Below, piece by piece: positions 1 to 11,295 of a stretch of 64,000 bases of DNA. The notes beneath the pieces were generated by a model. That model was not told where the DNA came from. It did not search any database and saw nothing but the letters and a program-made list of their open reading frames with translations. Position 1 is the stretch's first letter. Every line of letters starts with the position of its first letter. Source of the stretch: Eledone cirrhosa (lineage: Eukaryota); NCBI GenBank assembly GCA_964016885.1, contig OZ024743.1, forward strand, positions 253,208,001 to 253,272,000, given 5' to 3'. A program made the translations under genes and the position numbers.

Positions 1-585
1 CCATCCAGAACACAAGACGCTAGAAGCAATCAGAAGAGCGTGTCCGTGGGTGTAATTGTAAATGAGGTTAAGTCTGTTCTCTGCCAACTTATAAATAAAA
101 TAAAACGATACAAAATAAGATAAAACGAAACAAAATCAAATAAAACGAGATGAAAAAAAAGAAAGACAGAAGAAAAGAATCCGTCGTATGATACATTTCC
201 TCCGTGGCATCTTAGGTGGCATTCCAATTTATATATATTCAATCTCGATACAGCCAACAATTATGAATATCGGCTGCATTGATATTACATTTTATCAATT
301 TTTTTGTTTCTCTGTTCTTTTCTTCCTCATGTTGTTGTATCCAGAAATAGTGAACTACTGGAAGTAATACTAAATATAAGAATATAAAAAATCGAAATTA
401 ATAAAATAAAATAAAAAAAAAATTATATTGATATAAAAAGAGAGAGAGAGCCAGCATTATTGGTGTTCGTTAGATAACGTCTGTCACCATATCTATAATC
501 ATTATAGATCGTAACAATTGATCTGACATTTTTTTTCAATAAATTTCTTCTCCGATAGAATAGTGCAGCACTTTTTTGCAGATAA

Positions 586-586
<1 letters not shown>

Positions 587-641
<55 letters not shown>

Positions 642-656
642 GTTATTATTATTATT
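587..656. repeat. (ATT)n microsatellite
   Basis: Directly visible ATT run immediately 5' of the deleted Tx1-like copy. Confidence 0.95.
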
Positions 657-1960
657 GGCAACTAAATTGTGAAGACGTGCGATTCTGTGCTCCGATAGGT
701 TTGTGAATTAGGTTGTTTATATTTGTATTTGGTTGTAATATTTTGTTGTGAACGGATCAGAGAACACCTGTTTTTTCCAAGTGAAAAAGGTGATCCCATA
801 ATATTTGGGCCTTGAGCCCAAATATGGGAACTTTAATATGTTTTTTCAAATAGTTTTACATTTAAAAATATGGATGGAATAAGCCCACATCTCAAACAAT
901 GAGTGGAGTGACCCCCCACCCACCACCACCATTAAGACAAGTAAGACACTTTAGGCAGTATCACAAACAACAATAACAACAACATAAAACATAAAACATA
1001 AAACAAAACAATCGAGAGCAACAAGGGAAATAATGACAACACCAACAATAGGAACAGCGACAAAAGTGAAAACAAAAGTGACGATAACACCAACAATGAG
1101 AGGAAGAACGACGTTAAGACAAATGACACCACCAGAACCAGCAACAAAAACGAGAATAACAAGATCAGAACGAACAACAAAACAGCATATTCGTAGCCGT
1201 GGCTGCAAGACCAATGCACTTCTGTCCAGTGGATATTTCAGACAAGGAAGACTGTTTTGCCCAGGCTTGTAAACTAATTTCGCGAGAAAAAACCCGAGCC
1301 AACCTAACCGTCCCGGCCGAAATAATGACAGCAACCCAAAGAACGACGCTGATTTATAGATGCATTTCGGTGCAAGCACTTAAAGTGGAATTGCCCCCTC
1401 CCCCAATCTCAAAAGGATGCTGCACTAAAATGCATCCGAAAAGACGTAGAGTACATAACAAGGGCCAGAATGTTTGGCACCAAAACCTAGGCGCTTACAA
1501 TAAACATTCGATGGCTCCTGTAGAACGGACCACATTATCAGGTACCTGTCCCACATGGGCAGAGGAACAGTGAAGGTCCACATTCCTAGGATTCTGCTAT
1601 GACTGAATTTATGGTGGCTCCTGGGATGCGTGGAGAAAAAGTTGTGAGTAGAGAAGGCAGTGCCCCCCCCCCCCCCCAGTACATTTGCTAAAATGTGGGC
1701 GAATGTCGCTAAGATGGCCCGTGGGAATTGGCATACTATGAGCATGTTCCTGTAGGCTAGCTGCTTTGGAGAGTTGGGTGGTTCAGGATTGGTGGGGTTC
1801 GTTTTTCACCCCTGATTTTCTCTTCCCCTATTGGGGGAATTTTCATTGTTGCATTTTTAATTTTTTGTTATTGTTTTGACATTGGTTACTCGAGTTTTAT
1901 GCAGAAGATTTACCACTGAACATGTCTATTGTATTTTCCCCTATATGCGGGCCCTTATCA
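657..1960 (+). mobile_element. Internally deleted, divergent Tx1-like LINE (5' UTR + ORF1 N-half fused to ORF2 C-terminal tip + 3' UTR)
   Basis: An N/D/K/T-rich tract is followed by PVDIS..TVPAEIMTATQRTTLIYRCIS, YITRARMFGT and SHMGRGTVKVHI..NLWWLLG, matching ORF1 of copies A/B (LDIT..SPVEIRKKTALKTIVFRTVS, FIQRSKLFGS, TYMGKRTQKIRI..IIWWIL). From about 1650, VEKAV..PSTFAKMWANVAKMARGNWHTMSMFL* matches the ORF2 end (PSKFYERWVKVARMARVNGPSLYISL*). The 3' UTR motifs cccctattgggg and catgtctattgtattttcccc..gcccttat match the 3' UTR of copy A. Confidence 0.8.
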
Positions 1961-2017
1961 AAACGGTGTAAATCTCTTACGACAGCAGGTTACCACGGAG
2001 TTTTTGTATCTGTTGCC

Positions 2018-2065
<48 letters not shown>

Positions 2066-2290
2066 GATGGTCACTTTGACACTACTGCCTATAAAAAGAA
2101 ACACACGCATCGTAAGATATTCATTTTTCCCTTTATGTTTATTAATCGTAATTTGTTAGTTCATCAAAGTTCTTTCGTCCCACATTATGTGACCTCCTCA
2201 ATGACTATCTCTTCTTTTCTATTGTGCCTCATCTTGTTTCTGGTCTTAATCTGTTACTCCATCTTCAAATACATAAATGTAAATATAGAT

Positions 2291-2595
2291 ATATGGTTTA
2301 GTGGTTAGAGCGTCGTGCTTACAATCATAAGGTTGTGAGTTCGACCCTTGGAGCGGGATTTGCGTTGTGTTCTTGAGCAAGACACTTTATTTCTCGTTGC
2401 TCCAGTTCACTCAGCTGTAGAAATGAGTTGCGACGTCACTCGTTTCAAGCTTTATCGGCCTTTGCCTTTCCCTTGGAAAACATCGGTGGCGTAGGTAGGG
2501 GAGACTATGAAGCATTAGCGACTGTTGGTCTTCCACAAACAACATAGTCCTGACACGTACTTCGGAGGAGAATTTCTAGGTGCAAATCCCATGGT
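2291..2595 (+). mobile_element. tRNA-derived SINE
   Basis: Pol III A box (tggtttagtgg) and B box (gttcgaccc), then a gtgttcttgagcaagacacttta core. It ends in a microsatellite. A related head lies near 54080-54180. Confidence 0.8.
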
Positions 2596-2601
2596 TATGT
2601 A

Positions 2602-2647
<46 letters not shown>

Positions 2648-2700
2648 GTTTCTGAATTTGTTTAGCAAGATTCTTTATCTGAACTCGTGTGTTGAAACCG

Positions 2701-2881
2701 ATATTGTTATACTTTGGGAGGGTCATGTTGCCAATAAGAAACACACGCACCAGATGATTTCGCTTCAATTTATTATTATAATAAATTTATAATTAATTTA
2801 TTATAATAATAAATTGAAGTGAAAGCATCTGGTGCGTGTGATTCTTATTGGCAACATGACTCTCCCAAAGTATAACAATAT
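2701..2881. repeat. Long imperfect inverted repeat between (TA)n tracts
   Basis: atattgttatactttgggagggtcatgttgccaataagaaacacacgcaccagatg pairs with catctggtgcgtgtgattcttattggcaacatgactctcccaaagtataacaatat. Confidence 0.9.
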
Positions 2882-2896
2882 ATATATATATGTATG

Positions 2897-2982
<86 letters not shown>

Positions 2983-3084
2983 ATATATATTTACATATAT
3001 ATATATGTGTGTGTTTATGTGCGTGTGTGTGATTGTGTGTGTATATGTGCGTGTGTACGCGTGTGCACACACTATTTTTAACGT

Positions 3085-3215
3085 CCTTCCTTATTCCTCC
3101 TGCTAATGAAGGATCTCTGTCCGAAACGCCGAAGCCTCCCCCACTTCCACCATGTTTGAACCTAATATAACTGTGTACAATTGCCTCCTGTGTTCTGTTT
3201 GTTCATTTTCTATGT
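3085..3215 (+). mobile_element. Solo Penelope-type pLTR remnant with degenerate hammerhead (CTAATGA-agga..tcc-GAAAC)
   Basis: ctaatgaaggatctctgtccgaaacg plus downstream ..aacctaatata..tgtac..tgtttgtt resembles both termini of the Penelope-like element (24683-24802 and 27987-28098). It is flanked by microsatellites. Confidence 0.6.
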
Positions 3216-3247
3216 ATCGAAAGAGAGAGAAGGGGGTGAGAGAGAGA

Positions 3248-3314
<67 letters not shown>

Positions 3315-4135
3315 TACAGCCCATCTTGTACTTCAATACAAGCAGCGTACTTTTTCACACACACATGTACAGAGACATGTAATTCTCAAAAAGAATTAAT
3401 ACAAGGACAAAGCCGGTCCTTTGAAATCTAGATACAGTGCATTTTATATTATAACGTAAGTGGCTGATTATTCCTGAGACATGATATCTGATAACATTGA
3501 GATATATCTAAGAAGTATTTTTCTCATTTGTTCAGTTATAACATCAAAGTCCATTATCATTCTCCCAGATGTACAGTATGTTCTTATGGAGCGAGACATA
3601 CGGGAGTATCACCGAAGGGAAGTCATAGTTGAGAATGTATGAAATCTGTTAAATGTATTAAGTAGACTTTCACTCTTTGATTTTACACTTAAAACGCATC
3701 TACCGAATATATGAATGTACGCACATATATAAGTATATACTGACTGTGATATCGATTTGAGCGAAGTGTTTGAATCTAATTAATTTTGTGCAGTATGAAT
3801 CTGATAGGTAGGGTTCATTGCAGGATTACTATTTGCGTTCGCTTGCATACGTCGTGTAGGCCGGCAAATACGGTGCATTTTTATTAATGATTTTGCGTTA
3901 AAAAATATATATATTGTCACGAAGAAAGCCATAAAATAATCGCAGAATATATTTACGATTCCGCGAATATGCGGTGTTTTTCCCAGAACAATTATTTGTT
4001 AGATTCAAAGGAAATGTTAACGAATAACCGGGACGGCGAATGCCGGGACTCATTATATATATATATATATATGAAGTAATTCCATCGGAAAAGTCCAGGA
4101 AAAAAGAGTGCTCTATGTAAGCAACAGAGCTTAAT

Positions 4136-4331
4136 TATTATTATTATGTAATAAACAACATAAGGCAATTATTCCATTTACCAGTGGTTTCTTAAAAGCA
4201 AAAGGTTTTGCTTTCAATCCTCAGAATGAAAAATCCTGGTTTTTTCATTCTGAGGATTGAAAGCAAAACCTTTTGCTTTTAAGAAACCACTGGTAAATGG
4301 AATAATTGCCTTATGTTGTTTATTACATAAT

Positions 4332-4338
<7 letters not shown>
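4136..4338. repeat. Near-perfect ~98-bp-arm palindrome in (TA)n context
   Basis: The arms are reverse complements around a short tcctggt loop at about 4234-4240. Confidence 0.95.
4246..4299 (+). ncRNA. Minimal type I hammerhead ribozyme (mirror copy at 4175-4228 on -)
   Basis: catt-CTGAGGA-ttgaaagcaaaa/cc/ttttgcttttaa-GAAAC-cactg-GTA-aatg. The core is intact, with stem I catt/aatg, a long stem II and a GUA cleavage triplet. Confidence 0.8.
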
Positions 4339-4364
<26 letters not shown>

Positions 4365-4367
<3 letters not shown>

Positions 4368-5488
4368 GGTGCGGAGAGTATTTGAAGAGAGATTTAGGTT
4401 TTAAAAAAAACGCCTATATAATAACAGAAAAAAACTGTATTCTTATAAAAATAACATAAACAGAAAGCTAAATTATTAATTTAATAATTTCATCCAATAA
4501 AACCACCATAAGTATCAATAACTACCTCTACGTGTGGTTGAAATCGTTTACAAGCTCGGATTAATTGGTCCTTGTTCATATCGGACATGACTCGAATTGT
4601 GACGGCTTTCAAAGAATCTTTGGTTCTATGGGAGTGTTCATTGACATTTGTCTCAACAATGCTCCTTACATAGTAGTCCAGTGGCTTGAGATTTTTTGGC
4701 CATCCACTCTGGTGTCATTTGAGCCTTGTGTGATGGTGCAGAATCTTGTTGAAAGACATAAGACCTTCCATTGCATTCACTGTTCATCCAAGGCTTAGCA
4801 ACTGTATCCAGAACGTCAATATACGCAGCAGCATTCAACCTAAGGCATTGTGGAAAAAAGTGAGGAGTCATCTCATGTCCTTCATTGCTAACAATATCCA
4901 AAACCATGACACTTGCAGGAAATTTTGTGTGCATTACTCTTGGAACAACAAAAAGGTCTGCACATAGCCACTTGTCATTCCTTCTGTTAGTGTTCTGGTC
5001 CTGGTCAAAGCTTTTCTCGTCTGAGAAAAACCAAATCACATCATCTTCTGATGGATTTTTAAGTTTGTTCAAAAGTCTTTTGGATGTGATTAAACGGTTT
5101 TCTTTTGTTTTTTCTGACATGAATTGACCTCTCCTCAACACGTAAGATTTGTATCTGATGTCTTCATGCACAACATTTCTGATAGTTTTTTCTGACACAC
5201 CAAAATGTTTTGCAATTGATCTCATTGATTTTCCTGGGTTGTCATCAATGTTTCGCTTAACTTCCTGAATAAATTCAGCTGTCCTGATAGAATCAGAGCA
5301 TTTGAAATGATACAGGTAATACGCTTCCATCTTCTTTCTTTAACTCACATCGAATCTTGTGGACAAAAGATCTTGCAGCTTTCAGAAAAAGAGAAATTTA
5401 TAAATCATCATTCTTAGCTTTCAAAACCATTAGTCAAATAAAATAATGACTAAAAATGCATGTGTCCTCAAATACCGTCCGCGCCCTG
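4365..5488 (-). mobile_element. Tc1/mariner (maT/DD37D-like) DNA transposon, degenerate
   Basis: Imperfect TIRs (cagggtgcggagagtatttgaagaga / tgtcctcaaataccgtccgcgccctg) with TA on both sides (4363-4364 and 5489-5490), enclosing a transposase. Confidence 0.88.
4490..5330 (-). pseudogene. Mariner-like DDD transposase, frameshifted
   Basis: HTH (SMRSIAKHFGVSEKTIRNVVHED), WFFSDEK, VMVL and VFQQDSAPSH are present. The third-D region is broken by a deletion, and NLKPLDYYV continues in another frame. Confidence 0.85.
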
Positions 5489-5639
5489 TATATTACTGTG
5501 TACTATATACATGTGTAGAGATTTATGGATGTGCTGCATTTGAATGTTAACCAGAAAGGAAGAATCCTCAACAATGAGCATTCAGCCATTCGATTAACTA
5601 AATGTCATTAATGTGTTAATTGGTTGCGTATTCCCAACA

Positions 5640-6135
5640 CACATACACTTAATATAATTCCTAAACGACAACAGCGGGTCAAACAAAATCTGGATGTGAC
5701 AAGGCTGAAGATTGGAATTAATGGTACACTCTATTCAAGAACCTTCCATATAATTTCCTTCTACCCAATTTCATACACAAAAATTTAGTTAACGTAAGTC
5801 TATCAAAAGGACACTTTACTGAGACGACATGCAATGGGATCGAACCCAGTATCTCATGACTCTAAAGTGAACTTATTATCCAATCAGCCATGCCTACAAA
5901 ATATCACATGAAAACATGGCTCAAGATTATATTAAATTCATTTGTCTAAGATCACATGCTGTGGGATTGAAACTCGATCTCATCGTGAAGCGAACTTAAT
6001 CCATGCATGACATCTTTCTACTGAGCTTGACCAGAGCTTATAGTAAAGACACTTGTACAAGACAACATGCGGTGCAACCGAACACAAGGACCCATGTTTC
6101 AGCAGCGAATTTCTTTAACACGCAGCCATGCCTGC
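5640..6135 (-). mobile_element. Three tandem degenerate tRNA-head SINE units
   Basis: Repeated gacact..aag..acatgc..ggga(t)cgaac..cagccatg units at about 5806-5892, 5940-6005 and 6040-6130, with the B box on the minus strand. Confidence 0.55.
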
Positions 6136-6341
6136 GTCTTTAAATCGTAAATAAACTTTGTCAATAAGCAATCCAGCCAGAATGGGATAATGTACTGGTA
6201 ATTTCTGAGCGACCATTTCATACATCAATAACATTTGGTTCCATAACTGAATTTCTGATTAATCAAAGAATATAAATACCTTGTTTACCAATTCCTCTGT
6301 CTATCTCCTGATCTAATATATCGCGCGCCCCCTCTCTCTCT

Positions 6342-6443
<102 letters not shown>

Positions 6444-6699
6444 CCATCTAAAATATATATCTGTATTATACTTAATATACTTAATATAGGAAAAGCAGTC
6501 TCCCCACTCCCTAATAGTCAAATAATCGACTCTTACACATTAAACTATTGTTACATCCCCGAAGGCGGCTGAGAAAGGTGACTAGGGGAGAGAATTTATA
6601 TATATATATATATGTATATCAGAGGGACTTTATATTAAATATATATCATAATATGAATGACTGTTTTCCCTGATATGTATATATCTATCTATATCATAT

Positions 6700-6756
<57 letters not shown>

Positions 6757-6785
6757 TCTCCCTCTCTCTATCTCTCTCTCTCCCT

Positions 6786-6831
<46 letters not shown>

Positions 6832-7051
6832 ATATATATATATACATACCTTCATTTAGTTGAGACTTATTCAGGAAATGAGGACTAAGAGGAAATAATC
6901 AATTACCTATCATATAAGTATCAATAAGTACAATCAAATCCTCAATTGCCTCTTTCACTTCTAATAATTATCATCGTTATTGCAAATAGATAGATCAAAT
7001 ATATTCATTCTTGGAGAAGTCCAGTCGTTACTATTTACCGTTTACATTCGA

Positions 7052-7420
7052 TAGGGCAGTGTATTGGCAGAGTCGTTAGAGCAGCAGATTTATTGCCTCC
7101 GTTTTCGATTAGACTGCTTCACTCTGAGTTCAAATTCCACCGAGATCGAGGTCAACACTATCTTTGATCCTTGTGTAGAGGTTAAATAAAATAGCAGTTG
7201 TGGGGCGATAGATAGGCGAAATTGTTTGAGTGTAACACAACATGCATTGTTTCAGTTATCTGTGCTCTGAGTTCAAATCCTTGCTGTGCTCAACTTGGCA
7301 TTTAATCCAGCCAGGGTCAATAAATGATATACCAGTTCAGGAATGGTGGGTGAGCAGGTGTATTGGCATGCTTGTTATTGGTTTAGAAGGGATGCTATGA
7401 AATATGTGATCCGACTGTGT
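7052..7420 (+). mobile_element. Tandem degenerate SINE units (ctgagttcaaat B-box family)
   Basis: tggcagagtcgttagagc..ctgagttcaaattcc occurs twice, followed by a third head fragment. Same family as 52200-52392. Confidence 0.6.
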
Positions 7421-8680
7421 GTTTTGTATAAATATATACATCATCATCATTATCATCACATTTTAATGTCTATTTTCCATGCACGAATGGGTTAAAAGAG
7501 CTATTACATATCGAGGTTGGATTGGTCAGGTGACATCGCTTTGCTCGTACACCAGCGTTTCTGTCATCATTTCTAAGGCTTGATGCGCTTCCGAATGCCA
7601 ACCATTTTACAATTTTTACTGGGAGATTGCCTTCTACGGCTGGATTGCCTTCCAAACACCAACCACTTTACAGCATGTATAGGGATCATTTTATCTTACA
7701 GTGTGGACAATATACTTTTCATCGTGACTTAAGTATTACAGCCTTACAATACGGACTAGGTGCACTTCTTTGTGAGACAAACTCTGTAGCCATAAAGTGT
7801 GAACTCGTTGCTTTTAATTGTGATACAAGAACTGCAGCCGTTCAGCGCAATCTGGATGCTCTTTATCGTAACACAAGCACTTGCACATTACAGAGTAATT
7901 CCACCGTCGTCGACTTACTGTTCCATCCTTTTAAGGTTGATAATATAACGTACTAATTGATTGTAATAGTAAACTGCGGGTATTGTTAAAGTGTCAACAA
8001 ATAATTTGTGGGATTCGTTACATGAATATAAACAATTTAACGATTTCATTTCCGTATTTCGAATAAGAGACACTACCGATGCATTTCAAATAAATTTGAA
8101 CATAAACATTTGGACGGATTTAGTACTATAACTAACTGTCTTGTTATTAAGATGGTGTAAATATCTCATATAATTCCAATCCCTAATTTTAAAGTTATGT
8201 TGGATGGCTTTTAGAAACATATAAACCCTTTGAAATAAGTGTTTTTGTGTCATAGAACACGCGATTGTTTCGAGCAGCTTGGTATCAAAATGGTTACAAT
8301 GGAAGACAAATATGAGCATATCAGCCTTTTTATAAGTAAAGGATTTTTATCAATGTGAGTAAGATTTACTGCAGTGACGGAATGCCAGTTATGTTTTACT
8401 AGACCACCAACAACGCGTTGGCTCTTGTTAACTTAAAAATAGGTTTTAAAGTCATATTCAATAAATACATATTTGTTTAATAATTAAAATATATACAGAC
8501 ATGTATATAATGTAAAATGAAATTGGAAGGCCCATATATATATATATATATATAAATACATGTGTGTGTGTACGTGTATATTTATATATAGGTGTGTGGA
8601 TGTATATTTTTATATATGGGTGTCTGTGATACACAAATATATATGTATAGACACACACGCGCACATATATCGATATATAT

Positions 8681-8757
<77 letters not shown>

Positions 8758-8786
8758 AAAGAATGGAGGTGTAACACACAAGTTAT

Positions 8787-9206
8787 TATATATTGGTAAA
8801 CGGAATAGAAAATGCTGACAAATTGTTCACAGTTGAAAAATGGTTTAATTAGGAATAAAAGAGTATTAGTGATTGTATGGGTTAGTATTCAGTTGTGGTT
8901 TTAAGTTTTTAAGTTTTTACCGGTTGCGCATTTCTAAATGCTTTTCAAAAATAATTTTGAGATAGAGTGTCCGTGCTGTTTGCTCTGATCTGACAAACAG
9001 CACGGACACTCTGATCAGAGCAAACAGCACGGACACTCTATCTCAAAATTATTTTTGAAAAGCATTTAGAAATGCGCAACCGGTAAAAACTTAGAAACTT
9101 AAAACCACAACTGAATACTAACCCATACAATCACTAATACTCTTTTATTCCTAATTAAACCATTTTTCAACTGTGAACAATGTGTCAGCATTTTCTATTC
9201 CGTTTA

Positions 9207-9216
<10 letters not shown>
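8787..9216. repeat. ~200-bp-arm palindrome between (TA)n tracts
   Basis: Arms 8787-8990 and 9013-9216 show only two mismatches that I can see. The spacer repeats caaacagcacggacactct. Confidence 0.95.
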
Positions 9217-9282
<66 letters not shown>

Positions 9283-9290
9283 AAGACTTA

Positions 9291-9407
9291 TTATTCCGAT
9301 GATTTGATTAAGCATACACTGTATATAAGATTGATTGACACAACTTCGAGTGATTAGCAATCTTTAGATATCGTAATCAATGAAACCATTCTTAATACTG
9401 TAAATAA
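9291..9407 (+). ncRNA. Hammerhead-like motif with long loop II, one core substitution
   Basis: ttatt-CCGATGA-tttgatta...taatcaat-GAAAC-cattcttaatact-GTA-aataa, with stem I ttatt/aataa and stem II ttgatta/taatcaa. Confidence 0.55.
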
Positions 9408-9610
9408 AACCCTTTTTGTAGTGTTGGCCATGTTATTCTTTGACTATTATTACTCCAAGATTAACCTGCTTAGGAATTCACGTGAACTCGCCACCTAACT
9501 AAGGAAACCTCTTGCTGAGTCAAACAACGCCGTACGTTAAAACTATCCATAATACAAAGTACTCACAACCTCTAACTGCATTACCCATAACCATAATTTG
9601 TTATCCCATA

Positions 9611-9657
<47 letters not shown>

Positions 9658-10964
9658 ACATATACACACAGACTTAGAAACCCTTCCTATTTAGCAGGAA
9701 ATATTCGCCACAAACATGCCGTCCTAATACAAGTTATATGATACACATGACTTAATATTCAGTCCAAATTTTATCTAGATACAGTAATGCTGTATTCGAT
9801 TCTTTGAAGTCACGTATTAAAATTTCATTTAACAGCACCACCAGCTCTCTCTCACTCTCTCTCTCTCTCACTCGCTCCATTTCTCTTCTCTCTCTCTCTC
9901 TCTCTATGTCAAGGCACTTTATTTCACGTTGCTCCTTCTACCAGTAGTTGCGACCGATAAATAGTATTAGCAAATGGAAACATAGTTTCCTTGGTTCGAT
10001 TTGACAAAAGACGATAGACTGTTTATATATGTATAAAAATAGTCAGTTTGGAAGCCTCTACAATGCAGATGGAGAAATCTTCTGGCAACGAAATCCAGTG
10101 ACTGTCTCTACTTTCTCGCTATGTCTCTCTTTCAATTTACTCTCTTCCAACTACTATATCATTCTCTTTATTTCTCTCTCCCTGTATTTATGAAGGTACC
10201 CGGAAGATCCACGTATCTCGGGAACCCGTACCCTGATTTACACGAAACTTGTTTTATTCCATTTGTATTCCCATTTCAGGCACAACTTCGTTTTAAAGTA
10301 TTTTCTCATTATGCGCCGTTTTCGCTGTATTAAATTACTGACAGGCACACATTCACAAAGTTTTAGTAGCATACTGTTGGGTCATGTTCACTTCAAAATA
10401 TTTTTTTTAAATTATGTTCACGTAAAAATAGTTTTTAAATAATTAAAATATACACAGGCATGTATATAATGTTAAGTGAAACTGGAAGGCCCGTATATAT
10501 ATACGTATATGTATGTATATATATATAAATGTATATATATATATGTATATGTGTGTGTGTATATATATATATATATATAAATATATGGCTGTCTGTGATC
10601 TATATATATTGATCATATACACACACACGCACATATATATACAACACAACTCCACCAGCTCTCTCTCTTTCTCTCTTCCATTCTCCGTCTCTGTCTCCTT
10701 CTCTTACACTCTCTATGTTTGTCTCTCAACCTACTCTCTCACAACCATTTTCTCTTTCTATCTATCCTACTCTCTCTCTCTAATTATGGTGGTACCCGGA
10801 AAACCCACATAACTCGGAACCCTTGTCCGATTTACGCGAAACTTGTTTTATACCATTTGTATTCCCATTTCAGGTTCAACCTCCTTTCAAAGTACTTTCT
10901 CCCTGTGCGCCCTTTTGGCTGTATTACATTACAAGTAAGAAAGCAAGCAACCAATGAGTTTTAG

Positions 10965-11049
<85 letters not shown>

Positions 11050-11295
11050 GATAGATAGATATATTTATTTATTGCCATAAGGGCGCACAAGAAAAGGGGA
11101 CAATACAAAGACATGCCGGAAATTTTACATACAGTCGTGTAAAAAATATAAAACAAACAATTAAAACGATCGAAATCCCCAATAGGGGGGAAGCCCCACA
11201 AATGGGTTGTTTAATACCCCGTCGATAGAACAACCCTCAACTCCAGGAGCGTGTTGTGCAAGTGCTACTTTCTTCCTTTTGCTCTCTTCTTCAAC

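Larger units (their letters stand above)
8405..10935 (+). repeat. Old tandem duplication (unit 1 about 8405-10340 expanded by insertions, unit 2 about 10375-10935)
   Basis: Shared blocks occur in the same order: aattaaaatata.acag.catgtatataatg..ggaaggccc (about 8480 and 10440), ccaccagctctctctc (about 9838 and 10652), and ggtacccggaa..gatttac.cgaaacttgtttta..ccatttgtattcccatttcagg (about 10195 and 10790). Confidence 0.75.

Noticed and set aside
2291-2365. tRNA gene
   Set aside because: A and B boxes are present, but there is no complete cloverleaf and it continues into a SINE body.
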